Positions 17,027 to 27,162 of a DNA stretch of 64,000 bases are shown here, piece by piece. The notes beneath the pieces were generated by a model. That model was given only the letters and a program-made list of their open reading frames with translations, was not told where the DNA came from and ran no database searches. The stretch spans positions 1 to 64,000 of the forward strand of contig CAVWVI010000002.1 of NCBI GenBank assembly GCA_963758495.1, in the 5' to 3' direction. The translations under genes and the position numbers were made by a program. How positions within the stretch are numbered: position 1 is the first letter of the stretch; each line of letters opens with the position of its first letter. The DNA is from Oligoflexia bacterium (GTDB lineage: Bacteria; Bdellovibrionota; UBA1018).

Positions 17027-17111
17027 CTCTAGGGCGGTTGACAACCACTGGAAGGAGTCCTGTTGCGTCGTAAAGATTTAGATTCCCGGCGCAATAGAAT
17101 TCCTTGCAGTG
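17027..17111 (-). repeat. Dispersed palindromic element, diverged copy
   Basis: Hairpin 17046-17111 plus tail, matching the copies at 31234 and 33230 in reverse orientation; lies between convergent genes. Confidence 0.8.
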
Positions 17112-17118
17112 CTCCCTT

Positions 17119-18132
17119 TCAATGACTTCGTTTAAATAGATTGAGTAAATAAGTAAGAGCAGGGAAGATAATTATGGATCCCACTATCAATGCATAAAAA
17201 AGATAACGGAGCGTTACATCAGGAGCTGCCGAGTTGTAAATAGTAATGGGGACGTTTTGAGTTGTATTTACGATAAGAATTGGAAATTGAACTTTAAACC
17301 ATCCCATAAGTATAAAACCGACTTGAGATGCCGCCAGAATTCTTGATTGTACTACTTGATGGCTCAATAAGCTCTTCCAGAGAGGGAAAAGGAGCAACGT
17401 TGCGATGAGCATACAAATCAAGGCCCATAAATCCTGAGTAAATTTTTGAATTAAACTGAAGTGATCTGTGGCCGAAGCTATAAATACAAATGCTCCTGAA
17501 ATGACGGCGAGTAGATTCGCAATTTGTGCTCTCCGAATGAAGACCTTTTGGAGTTCTTTATCCTGAGTTTCCCCTATTAAATAGACTGAGGCTAGAAAGG
17601 TAAACAGGATGCATACAAAGATCCCTATGGAAAAAGAGAAGTAATTGAACCAGGGGGCCACATAATTTAAAAAATACCCTTCCGGAGGGCCTACTTCAAT
17701 TCTCCTCTCTGACATAACACCACCCATAATAATACCCAAAAAGAGAGGAGTTGTGATGCTCGAAAGAATAAAGATTGTAGAGTAATAGTTTTGTGACCGA
17801 TCTCGTATTGCATCATAGTGCCTGAATGTAAATGCGCTCCCTCGTAAAATCACACCTATCAGCATGATCGTCAAAGGAATATGAAAGGTAATGGAAAGCT
17901 CACTATAGGCCTTAGGAAATCCATTAAAAAGAATCACAATTGCCAGAATCAGCCACATATGATTGGCTTCCCAAACTGGCCCCATGGCATGGGTTATTAA
18001 TTCCTTTTGTTCTTCTTTCTTTTTCTTTCCTAAAAATAATTCAAGGATTCCTGCACCAAAATCTGCACCTGCTAACAAACAATATAAAAGAATTGAAAGT
18101 CCAAGAAAGAATGCAATTAATTCAGCCCACAT
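17119..18132 (-). CDS. cydB: Cytochrome bd ubiquinol oxidase subunit II
   Basis: GADFGAG, PVWEANHMWL and LRGSAF motifs; overlaps the end of cydA. Confidence 0.93.
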   Translation of the reverse strand: MWAELIAFFLGLSILLYCLLAGADFGAGILELFLGKKKKEEQKELITHAMGPVWEANHMWLILAIVILFNGFPKAYSELSITFHIPLTIMLIGVILRGSAFTFRHYDAIRDRSQNYYSTIFILSSITTPLFLGIIMGGVMSERRIEVGPPEGYFLNYVAPWFNYFSFSIGIFVCILFTFLASVYLIGETQDKELQKVFIRRAQIANLLAVISGAFVFIASATDHFSLIQKFTQDLWALICMLIATLLLFPLWKSLLSHQVVQSRILAASQVGFILMGWFKVQFPILIVNTTQNVPITIYNSAAPDVTLRYLFYALIVGSIIIFPALTYLLNLFKRSH

Positions 18133-19414
18133 GACGAAACTGCCTGACCATGAGCCAAATGATAATAAATGATAAAAAAAGATAAACGCCTGTAAAAAGA
18201 CTCATTGGATATATAAGCCCTGGCATGGGTGTTACCGCATCCTTCGTTCGCATAATTCCGTAAATGATCCATGGCTGTCGTCCTACTTCTGTGACGGTCC
18301 AGCCCGCTTCCATCGCAAGAAATCCTATAGGAGTTACCCATGCGATAGTTTTCAAAAATGAAGACCGATAAAGTCGCTCTTTATTTCTCATCAATAGAAA
18401 AAGAGAATAAGCACCTATGCCAGCGAGTAGTGTTCCGAAACCAATCATGAGCTGAAAAGCCATGTGAACGACAGGCACAGAAGGCCAATCTTCTTTTGGA
18501 ATACTATCTAAGCCAATGACTTGAGCATTAAAATCTCCATGAGCTAAAAAACTCAGTAGTTTAGGAATATGAAATCCAAAACTAACAGTTTCTGAATTCT
18601 GTGAAGGTATTCCTCCCACTAAAAAGGGTGCAGGTTGGCTCGTTTTAAAGAGAGCTTCCATTGCCGCAAGTTTAATGGGTTGTCTCACGGCAATATCTTT
18701 AGCTAAACGATCGCCATGAAGTGGTTGTATAATTGCTGCAACCGAGCCAACTGTCAGTGCAATTTTAAATGCTTTCTTATGGAATTCATGGGTTCGATTT
18801 TTAATGATACCGATTGCGTGGATCCCTGCTACCGCAAAACCCGTAGCGGCAAATGCTGCAATCGTCATATGAATGCCTTGATTGAGTGCCGCAGCATTAA
18901 ACATCGCAGCCCAAGGATCTATATTTCGAGCAGATCCATTGACCCAGTCAAAACCAGATGGACTATTCATCCAGCCATTAGCACAAACAACAAATAAGCC
19001 TGATAAAACTCCACTGATTCCAACTACGAGCCCACTTGCCCAATGAATCCAAGGAGAGACTTTTTCCCAGCCATAAAGAAATATTCCAAGTGCTATGGCT
19101 TCTAAAAAGAACGCTGCCCCTTCCCAGGAAAACGGCATACCAATGATTGCACCCGCATGTTGCATAAATCTTGGCCAAAGAAGTCCTAGCTCAAACGAAA
19201 GTGCAGTTCCAGAGACAGCCCCTACGGCAAAAAAAATAGCAACACCCTTAGACCAGGTTTTTGTTAAATTTTGATAAACGATTTGGCCTGTCCTTAACCA
19301 ACGCCAATGCGCAATTGCCATGAGAAATGGCATAGCAATGCCAACTGAGGCAAAAATAATATGAAATCCCAAGGATATGGCCATTTGTGTGCGCGCAGCC
19401 AATAAATTTGTCAT
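18122..19414 (-). CDS. cydA: Cytochrome bd ubiquinol oxidase subunit I (short Q-loop)
   Basis: FHIIF, FELGLLWP, QPIKLAAME and GWTVTEVGRQPW motifs. Confidence 0.95.
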   Translation of the reverse strand: MTNLLAARTQMAISLGFHIIFASVGIAMPFLMAIAHWRWLRTGQIVYQNLTKTWSKGVAIFFAVGAVSGTALSFELGLLWPRFMQHAGAIIGMPFSWEGAAFFLEAIALGIFLYGWEKVSPWIHWASGLVVGISGVLSGLFVVCANGWMNSPSGFDWVNGSARNIDPWAAMFNAAALNQGIHMTIAAFAATGFAVAGIHAIGIIKNRTHEFHKKAFKIALTVGSVAAIIQPLHGDRLAKDIAVRQPIKLAAMEALFKTSQPAPFLVGGIPSQNSETVSFGFHIPKLLSFLAHGDFNAQVIGLDSIPKEDWPSVPVVHMAFQLMIGFGTLLAGIGAYSLFLLMRNKERLYRSSFLKTIAWVTPIGFLAMEAGWTVTEVGRQPWIIYGIMRTKDAVTPMPGLIYPMSLFTGVYLFLSFIIIWLMVRQFRHVG

Positions 19415-19448
19415 ACTGAATCAGACTCCAAGAAGCATATCGATATCA

Positions 19449-20381
19449 CTAGATTGATTGGAAGAAAATGGCATTGATAAAGCTCCAGGCTCCAATAAAA
19501 ATGCAGATTAAAAAGACTAGAAGCCAAGCTTTGAAGAAGCTCTTATTTGAAGGGAGTACAGAGTACCAAGTTTTAAAAAGCAAATTTGGATTTGCACCTT
19601 CCCATACTGCGCGCATTTTTGGTAAAAGCTTGTTTAAAAAATCTATGATTTCTTCTTCTCCGTAAGCTACGTCTGCATCTGCTGGTGTTCCCCAGTAGTT
19701 AGAAAGGCGACCTCGACGGCGGTTTATATTTCTTTTCCATCTTGACGGTTCTCGATGGATGGTTGGCATGGTTTTATAATGTGGATGAACTAGATGATTT
19801 GCAATGGCTAGTGCAATGGAGGTGTCTCGTTTTCCTCCATGCTCCAAGGGATCAGGCCAAAAGGGAGAATCTAAGACACGTTGAAAGTCTACTGATCCCG
19901 AGGATGCTGAAATCAAAGAGGGCGTAATCTTCTCACCTCCCATGATACGGTAGCTCCATCGATGCCATTTACCTGATTTGCGTATGATTGTGCCCGCGTC
20001 TTCGATTGCGGTCAGTTGTCGTGGCCCTAAATGTCCAGAAAAACAAGTGAAGTGAAAAAATCCATTTCTAATTAAGGAGTGGCAGGCGTCTACGAGCCAA
20101 TCTCGCAAAACATGAGGTCGTACTGTAATGGATAGATGAGTTGTATTGCTGTCAATTCCCAAGGGTGCTGGAGGCATCAGTACGGCTACCCATCCAGGCA
20201 TATCATTTTCCAAGTGGCAGGCTGCAAGATAACAAAGTCGATTCGCTTCTTCTAAGTCAAGTCCTATCGGAAGGTGAGGGCCGTGGTCTTCCAAAGGACC
20301 AACAGAAAAGAAAAAAACGGTCTTTTTTTTGGGGAGTGTAGAAAACTGGAGGGAGGAGATTTTTGCAAACTCAATGGGCAT
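19449..20381 (-). CDS. Creatininase-family amidohydrolase with C-terminal TM helix
   Basis: GPLEDHGPHLPIGLD, SGHLG and EHGG motifs. Confidence 0.8.
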   Translation of the reverse strand: MPIEFAKISSLQFSTLPKKKTVFFFSVGPLEDHGPHLPIGLDLEEANRLCYLAACHLENDMPGWVAVLMPPAPLGIDSNTTHLSITVRPHVLRDWLVDACHSLIRNGFFHFTCFSGHLGPRQLTAIEDAGTIIRKSGKWHRWSYRIMGGEKITPSLISASSGSVDFQRVLDSPFWPDPLEHGGKRDTSIALAIANHLVHPHYKTMPTIHREPSRWKRNINRRRGRLSNYWGTPADADVAYGEEEIIDFLNKLLPKMRAVWEGANPNLLFKTWYSVLPSNKSFFKAWLLVFLICIFIGAWSFINAIFFQSI

Positions 20382-21297
20382 GAACTTGAATTCCTAGGAG
20401 TTTAACTGCATTTTCTCCTAGGATAAGCTTTGCTTGTTCTTCATTCAATAGCCCTGTTTCAATGCAATCTTGAATGCGGTTTCGGCCAATGATTTGATTA
20501 TTGCCAACGAGTGGCCAGTCAGTTCCAAAAAGAACCCGGTTTGCTCCAATTCGACGAGCAGCTTCTCCAATAACTTCAGCGGGTTGCCATGACGTATCAA
20601 CCCATAAATTTGGATATTTTTCACAAAGATCAAGGGCAGTATCTGGATTATGAAAATTCATGTGTGCTAAAATAAATTTTGTTTTGGGAAAAGCTTTGAA
20701 CCATTTTTCGAAGCGATCAGCATGCGCTTGCTGCGAGTATTTGTAGAGGAAATGAGCATGGATACAGCCTGTATGAATAATGACCGGCAGCCCCAATTCA
20801 GTCGCTGTTTTTATGAGAGCCCGATACCTCGGGGAGCTTGGACTTTCTCCATCCAAAGCAGTATGTATTTTGAGCACTTTTGCCCCTGCATCAGCAAATC
20901 TTTGAAGAGTGAGGCCCGGCTTGTTTACACTTTTAGGAATATTTACAGCGGGAATCAGTCGTGAGTTCTGGCTGCAAAGTTCCATGATAAAATCATTGGA
21001 TATAAACGGTGGATGAGCGATGATTAATGATTGATTGATTCCCGCCTCATCCATGGAGTCCATCAAATCAGATGACGTGCACTCCACTAAGAGGTGGGGA
21101 AGAGGCAGGAGACTACTGAATTCATCTAGATTTTTTCTTACGATTTCTGGAAGGTATCGCAGCTGAGTTTGCAGTCCATGTATAGAGTTCGCGAGAGGCC
21201 TTATCCAATTGCGGGCGTGCTTACGCAAATTACCTAATCGTGCGTTAGAAATAATCTCTTCAAAAACATGTGCGTGAAAATCAATAACTAGAGTCAT
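20371..21297 (-). CDS. Amidohydrolase_2-family metal-dependent hydrolase
   Basis: IDFHAH, KIH, IIHTG, ILAHM, VDTS and LFGTDWP motifs. Confidence 0.85.
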   Translation of the reverse strand: MTLVIDFHAHVFEEIISNARLGNLRKHARNWIRPLANSIHGLQTQLRYLPEIVRKNLDEFSSLLPLPHLLVECTSSDLMDSMDEAGINQSLIIAHPPFISNDFIMELCSQNSRLIPAVNIPKSVNKPGLTLQRFADAGAKVLKIHTALDGESPSSPRYRALIKTATELGLPVIIHTGCIHAHFLYKYSQQAHADRFEKWFKAFPKTKFILAHMNFHNPDTALDLCEKYPNLWVDTSWQPAEVIGEAARRIGANRVLFGTDWPLVGNNQIIGRNRIQDCIETGLLNEEQAKLILGENAVKLLGIQVHAH

Positions 21298-21477
21298 TTT
21301 TTGCGTGTCTTATAGTGCCCATTCAGCGAATAAACTGAGTGTTATAAGGAGTATTCCAAATTTTAATGTCTTTTTTTTCACTTTAACCCCTTGGTTCGAC
21401 TAAGCTTTGCGGGATTTACCCTAGTGATTATGAAGAGTCAATAGATCTATATTCAATATAGTTGTATATAGGCTGAT

Positions 21478-21906
21478 ATGAAAGCAGCATTACTCAATGG
21501 AACTGTGGGTTTGGTATTAAGTTTGGTGCTAGGAGTAGGGTATTTAAATCTTTCTACCCGAGATATTCTTTTATCTATTTTAGTCTCTAATTTAGCTGCT
21601 CTCGTTTCACTTGTCTTGACACTACAGGCTGAGGGGATTGCTTGGATTCTCAAGCATGTACTGAATCGATCATTGAAAACGTGGACTTTATTAGTCAGTC
21701 TTTATATGGGGATACTGATTGCTTTATCGCCTTGCTTGAGAGCAATTGAGCCATTTAAGTATTTAATTTTTCCGCTTATTTTGAGTTCCGGATATGCAAT
21801 TATTCTATTTGGTCCTATTCAAGATTATTTAGTAAGGCGTAAGCAGCGATTGGCGAACGCAAAGAACGATTTTCCTTGTTTCCCGACAGATAGTGCAGTG
21901 TTATAA
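21478..21906 (+). CDS. Hypothetical membrane protein (about 4 TM)
   Basis: Hydrophobic ORF. Confidence 0.55.
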   Translation: MKAALLNGTVGLVLSLVLGVGYLNLSTRDILLSILVSNLAALVSLVLTLQAEGIAWILKHVLNRSLKTWTLLVSLYMGILIALSPCLRAIEPFKYLIFPLILSSGYAIILFGPIQDYLVRRKQRLANAKNDFPCFPTDSAVL

Positions 21907-21913
21907 GCCTGTT

Positions 21914-22399
21914 ATGGAATACAATTTAGTAGAAGTTTGGCTACGTAAAGACCCTATTCGTTGGATCTCTGGAGGCTTGGCAGGTCTTTTTGCCGGAATT
22001 GTGGCAATGGGATTGGCGATGTTTATTGCATCTAGCGTGGGGATGGAGTCATGGTTCCCTGTTAAGCTCATAAGTACTGTAGCTTTAGGGCCGTCAGCGA
22101 CTGAAATCGGCAACATGAAGGCAGTTTTAGTCGGGGGCTTTATTTTTGAAGCTCTTTGCTTGTTTTTAGGAATAATCTACGCTCATTTTACAGGGACGAA
22201 TTTCTTAGGTGCGTTGATTCCAATGGGTTTAGTCTGGGGTACTTTTAGTTGGATTTTTATTTGGAATCTTTTTATGCAGTCCTTCAAGCCTATCTTTGCA
22301 GCCCAAATTTCCTCGGCTGTTGCTTTTCCTGTTTGCATCACATTTGGTCTAGCTCTTTCCTCAGTTGCTTTTTTTGATCAAAAATTACGCGGTAAATGA
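21914..22399 (+). CDS. Hypothetical membrane protein (about 4 TM)
   Basis: Hydrophobic ORF; start moved to ATG 21914. Confidence 0.65.
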   Translation: MEYNLVEVWLRKDPIRWISGGLAGLFAGIVAMGLAMFIASSVGMESWFPVKLISTVALGPSATEIGNMKAVLVGGFIFEALCLFLGIIYAHFTGTNFLGALIPMGLVWGTFSWIFIWNLFMQSFKPIFAAQISSAVAFPVCITFGLALSSVAFFDQKLRGK

Positions 22400-22429
22400 A
22401 GATTTAACGGCTCTTCAGATAGGTATTGC

Positions 22430-22921
22430 CTAAGCTTTCTTGCTACGAGCTTTCGCAATAATTTCAGATGTGCTTTGGCCAGGAATGTAGTCGAGAGAAT
22501 AAACTTTTCCACCCCAGGAAACGACATCTTTTGATCCTACAATTTGGTCGATCTTCCAATCGCCTCCTTTGACTAGAATCTGAGGTTTGAGTAAACGGAT
22601 GACTTCCAAGGGAGTGTCTTCTTCAAACCATGTGACAAAATCCACAGATTCCAAAGCAGCAATGACTTCCAATCGATCGGCAAGTGTATTAATAGGGCGC
22701 TCTGGACCCTTCATTCTTTGGACTGATTGATCGCTATTCAGTGCAACGATAAGGCTGTCCCCAAGGCTTCTTGCTTTTTCCAGATAAGTTACGTGGCCCT
22801 TATGGAGGATGTCAAAACATCCATTTGTAAATACGGCTTTATGCTTTTTATGAATAAGAGTTTGCTCTAAGGCAGTGGGAGGGTTAATTTTTGAAAGGAA
22901 AAGTCTTCTTCGTGGATTCAT
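22430..22921 (-). CDS. rfaE2: D-glycero-beta-D-manno-heptose 1-phosphate adenylyltransferase
   Basis: [27 protein letters not shown] and LVKGGDW motifs. Confidence 0.9.
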   Translation of the reverse strand: MNPRRRLFLSKINPPTALEQTLIHKKHKAVFTNGCFDILHKGHVTYLEKARSLGDSLIVALNSDQSVQRMKGPERPINTLADRLEVIAALESVDFVTWFEEDTPLEVIRLLKPQILVKGGDWKIDQIVGSKDVVSWGGKVYSLDYIPGQSTSEIIAKARSKKA

Positions 22922-22942
22922 AAGCAGTGATAACTTAACAGA

Positions 22943-23635
22943 TTATTTGGGTTGAATACCTACAAATCGGTCATGCCAACAGCATTTTCTACGATCGATC
23001 AAGCTCCAGAGGATTCCTGCCCCTCCAAATCCAAGACTCACCCAGAAAAAGATGGCCCTGAGGAATAATAATCCACTTTGCCCATAGAGCATGAGTCCAA
23101 AAATTCGTTTACCAATACTCGTTTTAAAGCAGACCTCTTGGATCGTTGTGAGTATCCAATTAAAGGCAATTAAAAAGCCAATGATCACAGTAAGGACACT
23201 AAAATTTAAGAGTAAGTCTGGATTTGAATTTTGTTGCCAAACGTAAGCTCCTATCAACATGAATCCAAGAACTGTCGAGATCAAACTATCAGTTAAATAA
23301 GCCATAACGCGTCTAATTAAATATCCAATCCCGACGCTGTGATAGGAAGTTGAACCGAGTAGAGTAGTTTGATGCTTGATTTCGGAGAGAGGTCCCCGAT
23401 TTTCAATTTCGGTTTGTTTTTTAACTACTGGTACAGAAATTTGAGGCACTGATCTTTTATTATAAAGAGGCGTATTGAGCATATCCCCCCTGTGGGTAAC
23501 GGGGGTTTGTATTCGTGGACCTTTGGCAATAGGCGCATAGGGAAGGCCATCTGAAAATGGATGAAATCCCAATCCTTCGGTTAACGGGCGAAATAGGAGT
23601 TCTGTGTTTTGATTCAATTTTGATTGTTGTTCCAT
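22943..23635 (-). CDS. RDD-family membrane protein
   Basis: RRVMAYLTD, SIGKRIFGL and WHDRF motifs. Confidence 0.8.
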   Translation of the reverse strand: MEQQSKLNQNTELLFRPLTEGLGFHPFSDGLPYAPIAKGPRIQTPVTHRGDMLNTPLYNKRSVPQISVPVVKKQTEIENRGPLSEIKHQTTLLGSTSYHSVGIGYLIRRVMAYLTDSLISTVLGFMLIGAYVWQQNSNPDLLLNFSVLTVIIGFLIAFNWILTTIQEVCFKTSIGKRIFGLMLYGQSGLLFLRAIFFWVSLGFGGAGILWSLIDRRKCCWHDRFVGIQPK

Positions 23636-23915
23636 CGTTCTTATTTATAAGAATCTCTTTTTCAAGTTAGACTTGTCAAGTTTATATAAATACACTTTCA
23701 AAACACATGAAAGCTCATTTGAGAGTACCTACGGACGCACTGTGAGGTGATGGAGTTGGAGCTTTGTTTGCAAAGATTTCCTAACATTCCTTTTAAAGAG
23801 ATTTTTATGCGAACGGGTTACTTTAACAGGAGTATTAACGCTGAACGCCAATGAGCAAGCTTGGCTGGCAAGCAGATTAAGAAAGTTGTGATGGAATTGA
23901 ATAGGAATAACAAAC

Positions 23916-24827
23916 ATGGCAATTATTGACCCCTATTCTACTTTGGGTGTTTCAAAATCAGCTACTCAAGAAGAAATTAAGACTGCTTACCGAGAATTAG
24001 CAAAAAAATATCATCCTGACTTAAATCCAGGAAATCAGCAGGCTGAGGCCAAATTTAAAGATATTGCTAGTGCATACGATCAAATTGGTACCCAGGAGCA
24101 AAGAGCCAAATATGATCGAGGAGAGGCGCCAATTGACACTGACGAGCGGTTTAATCGTAGACGTCCATTCTATTATGAAACTCAGAACGCTCCGGGCGGC
24201 GGTAGGTATACATCCGGATTTAGTTCATTTAGCAATGAAGGTGAAGATGACATTTTTAAATATTTCTTTCAGGATGCAAGGGGACAAGATCTCCATTACT
24301 CTTTAGAAATTGATTTAAAAGACGCTGTGATGGGCACACAAAAGGAAATTGATTTACCTCATGGAAACAGGCTCTCTATTAAAATTCCTCCTGGAGTAAT
24401 ATCCGGATCTAAGTTGAGATTCTCGGGTCAAGGTGGGCAAGGTAAGGATGGGGGAAGACCGGGTGACGCGTTTGTCGAAATTAAAATTCGTCCATCAAAG
24501 GTATTTCACCAACAAGGAGACGATCTCATTTTAGACTTACCCATCTCGTTATCGGAAGCAATTTTTGGAGGAGAAATTGCGGTACCGACTATTGATGGTT
24601 CAGTAAAGTTAAAAGTCCCTCCAAAAGTTAATACGGATACAAAACTGAGATTATCGGGTCAAGGGGTTTATAACAGAAAGACAAAGCAAAGAGGCGATCA
24701 AATTATTAGATTAAAAGTGCGTCTTCCTACTGAAATTGATTCGGACCTCGAAAATGCAATTAAAAATTGGAGTAAAAGTCGTCCTTATAATCCACGAGAT
24801 CAGCCATATGAAAAACAGACGGCATAA
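23916..24827 (+). CDS. cbpA: DnaJ-class chaperone (CbpA-like)
   Basis: J-domain with HPD, DnaJ_C domain, no Zn finger; followed by a cbpM-like gene. Confidence 0.85.
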   Translation: MAIIDPYSTLGVSKSATQEEIKTAYRELAKKYHPDLNPGNQQAEAKFKDIASAYDQIGTQEQRAKYDRGEAPIDTDERFNRRRPFYYETQNAPGGGRYTSGFSSFSNEGEDDIFKYFFQDARGQDLHYSLEIDLKDAVMGTQKEIDLPHGNRLSIKIPPGVISGSKLRFSGQGGQGKDGGRPGDAFVEIKIRPSKVFHQQGDDLILDLPISLSEAIFGGEIAVPTIDGSVKLKVPPKVNTDTKLRLSGQGVYNRKTKQRGDQIIRLKVRLPTEIDSDLENAIKNWSKSRPYNPRDQPYEKQTA

Positions 24828-24842
24828 AAGGAGAAGTCATAC

Positions 24843-25109
24843 ATGACTATTCAGAAGAAATATCCAATTAAGGAGGCGTCTGAGAAACTTGGATTTCAAA
24901 GAGCGTTCATAATGAAATGTATTTATTGTCATTGGGTTAAACCATTTGAAATTTATTCAATGAACCTTGATGATGAAGATTTGGCTCGAATAAGATTTAT
25001 TCGAGAATTAAAAGATGATCTCGGTGCAAATGATGAGTCAATCTCTATTATTTTACATCTTTTAGATCAGCTTTATTTTATTAAAAATAGGTTAAAAAAA
25101 CATTCGTAA
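24843..25109 (+). CDS. cbpM: Chaperone modulator CbpM (MerR-like)
   Basis: DLARIRFIRELKDDLGANDESISIILHLLDQL; directly follows cbpA. Confidence 0.75.
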   Translation: MTIQKKYPIKEASEKLGFQRAFIMKCIYCHWVKPFEIYSMNLDDEDLARIRFIRELKDDLGANDESISIILHLLDQLYFIKNRLKKHS

Positions 25110-25125
25110 CTTTTTTGGATAATAG

Positions 25126-25569
25126 TTAGTTTTTTCTTTTAGCTCCATCATAAATCTGATGGATTTTCTTATCTACTCTCTCAATTTCATTTTCTATGGT
25201 ATGTCGAGTATGAGGTAAGGTTAGATCTTGTTGTTTAATTTTCATATAAGACCGAACTGCTAGGATTCCTCCAATTGTCATACAAAATAAAGCTACGATT
25301 AGGCTGCTTATTAAGTAATTATTATTTAGTAGTTGTCCTAATCCAATCACAAAAAATGCAAGTAGGGGGAAAATACCTAGGATTGTAAGAATGAAGAAGA
25401 AAGCCGCTTGGACTGCCTGTCGTCCGAGATGAGTAGTTGTGTCTCTAAGTTCTATTTTTGCTAAACGAATTTCACTACGTATTAAGTCCCTTAAGCTGGA
25501 CATTAGATCGCGAAATATAGAATTAGAAGAGTTCTTTTCTTTGTCCCTAATGAATGAAGTATCTTCCAT
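25126..25569 (-). CDS. YqjE/phage-holin_3_6-like membrane protein
   Basis: LIRSEIRLAKIEL, two TM segments and LPHT motif; start chosen from GGAGGG SD spacing. Confidence 0.75.
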   Translation of the reverse strand: MEDTSFIRDKEKNSSNSIFRDLMSSLRDLIRSEIRLAKIELRDTTTHLGRQAVQAAFFFILTILGIFPLLAFFVIGLGQLLNNNYLISSLIVALFCMTIGGILAVRSYMKIKQQDLTLPHTRHTIENEIERVDKKIHQIYDGAKRKN

Positions 25570-25787
25570 ATAGAGCATCCCTCCGGATGGGCATACGTGA
25601 GCATCTCTTGCGTTGCCATAATTTTATTGCAAGCATTACACCTAAGTTAATAAAATCCAGATCAAAAAATATTTTTCAGTAGTTAAAATATATATCGCCA
25701 TTTTATGGTCGCCCAAAAATTGCAATAAATCTTAAAATAGAAAAAAGAAGGATTCGATGAGGCAGCATAGATGGGAGAAATATTTAT

Positions 25788-26603
25788 ATGGCTATAGAGA
25801 ATCGAATTGAGACTATTGAAAGTTCATCAGTGAGTTGGCGGGCTATTTTCGCCGGAGCTTTTATTTCAATGCTTTGCTATTCTATTCTTATGAGTCTTGG
25901 CATTGCAATTGGCAGTGCAAGTTTAAGAGGTCTTATTCAAGGAAGTAATAGCGGTGAAGCTCTAGGTGTCACTTCTGCACTTTGGCTTGTATTTTCAATC
26001 CTCATTTCTCTTTTCTTAGGAAGTTATTCGGCTGGGAGAGTGTCTGGTTTAATTTCTATGGGAGTTGGAAGAGTTCAAGGGGTAGTGATTGCTGCATTAT
26101 TTTTTGCAGTTATGCTTTTTCAAGTGGGTGCAACAATTGGATCCATTGGGAGAGGAATTGGATCTACGGTAGGTACGTTGGGAGGGGCTGCAGGTGATGT
26201 CAGTAAAAATCCCAAAGTACAGGAAACTATTCGGAATGCGTTAGGAGGTCTTAATTTGAAATCCTCTCCTGAGACTGTAGCACAAGTACTCGCAACGCGC
26301 CTTTTAAATGGAGATCAAGCAGGAGCTAGAGATTACCTTGCAAGTCAGACTGGTCTGAGTAGAGTTCAAGCGGATCAAAAAATACAAACTTTCAAAACAG
26401 ATCTACAGAATACTCTTAAGAATATAGGAGGCACGACGGCACAGGTGGTTTCAATTGCGAGTTGGACACTTTTTGGATCGCTTATTTTAGGTTCGATTGC
26501 AAGTATGCTTGGAGGAGCTAGTGGGGCTTCTGTAAATATATCTCGAACTCTAGGAAGTGCGCGACCTGATCAAAGGTCAATTAGAGGGTCTAAGGTGGCT
26601 TAA
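25788..26603 (+). CDS. Conserved hypothetical membrane protein
   Basis: SWRAIFAG N-terminus, several TM segments and a helical soluble loop. Confidence 0.7.
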   Translation: MAIENRIETIESSSVSWRAIFAGAFISMLCYSILMSLGIAIGSASLRGLIQGSNSGEALGVTSALWLVFSILISLFLGSYSAGRVSGLISMGVGRVQGVVIAALFFAVMLFQVGATIGSIGRGIGSTVGTLGGAAGDVSKNPKVQETIRNALGGLNLKSSPETVAQVLATRLLNGDQAGARDYLASQTGLSRVQADQKIQTFKTDLQNTLKNIGGTTAQVVSIASWTLFGSLILGSIASMLGGASGASVNISRTLGSARPDQRSIRGSKVA

Positions 26604-26678
26604 AATATATGTAAGTTGCTGGTAATGTTATCAAATTCTTATTAATAATAGATATTATCTCTTTCAGGTTGAAAGTAC

Positions 26679-26706
26679 TAAATAGTTATTAGTTTTCAGC
26701 CGATAA
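26679..26706 (+). promoter_or_regulatory. Sigma28 (FliA)-like promoter
   Basis: TAAA-N16-GCCGATAA upstream of the cheY-like gene. Confidence 0.55.
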
Positions 26707-26793
26707 AAGTTTAGTTATACTGATGGTGTATTTATTATATTATTTATAAATTGATTACAATATTTGCCCAACTTAGGCGCAAAGGGGATGTTG

Positions 26794-27162
26794 ATGCCGA
26801 AAATCCTAATTGTGGATGATTCTGAAACTTTAAGAACACAGGTGCGTCAAATACTACAAGAGGCTGGTTATCAGGTTATTGAAGGTGTGGATGGACTAAG
26901 TGGACTCGAGGTTTTGCAAGAAAATCCGGACACGCATCTGATCATCTGCGATGTCAACATGCCGAAAATGGATGGCTTGACGATGTGTCAAAGAATTCAC
27001 GAAAATCAAAATCTGAATAAAATACCGATCTTTATGATGACGACAGAGGCAAATCCGGACATAAAGCAGAGGGGAAAAGCTGCGGGCGTTGTTGCTTGGG
27101 TTACTAAGCCCTTCGTAGAAGTTAAACTTATGAGTGCTATCAAAAAAGTATTGGGAGTATGA
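26794..27162 (+). CDS. cheY: Single-domain response regulator (CheY-like)
   Basis: IVDDS, CDVNMP, MTTE and TKPF motifs. Confidence 0.85.
   Translation: MPKILIVDDSETLRTQVRQILQEAGYQVIEGVDGLSGLEVLQENPDTHLIICDVNMPKMDGLTMCQRIHENQNLNKIPIFMMTTEANPDIKQRGKAAGVVAWVTKPFVEVKLMSAIKKVLGV

Noticed and set aside
19449..20381. Mycofactocin MftE-like peptidase belonging to the rSAM cassette
   Set aside because: Separated from the cassette by cydAB and another gene; the precursor lacks the MftA C-terminal IDGxCGVY
25126..25569. Prophage holin
   Set aside because: YqjE-like cellular family with no phage genes nearby
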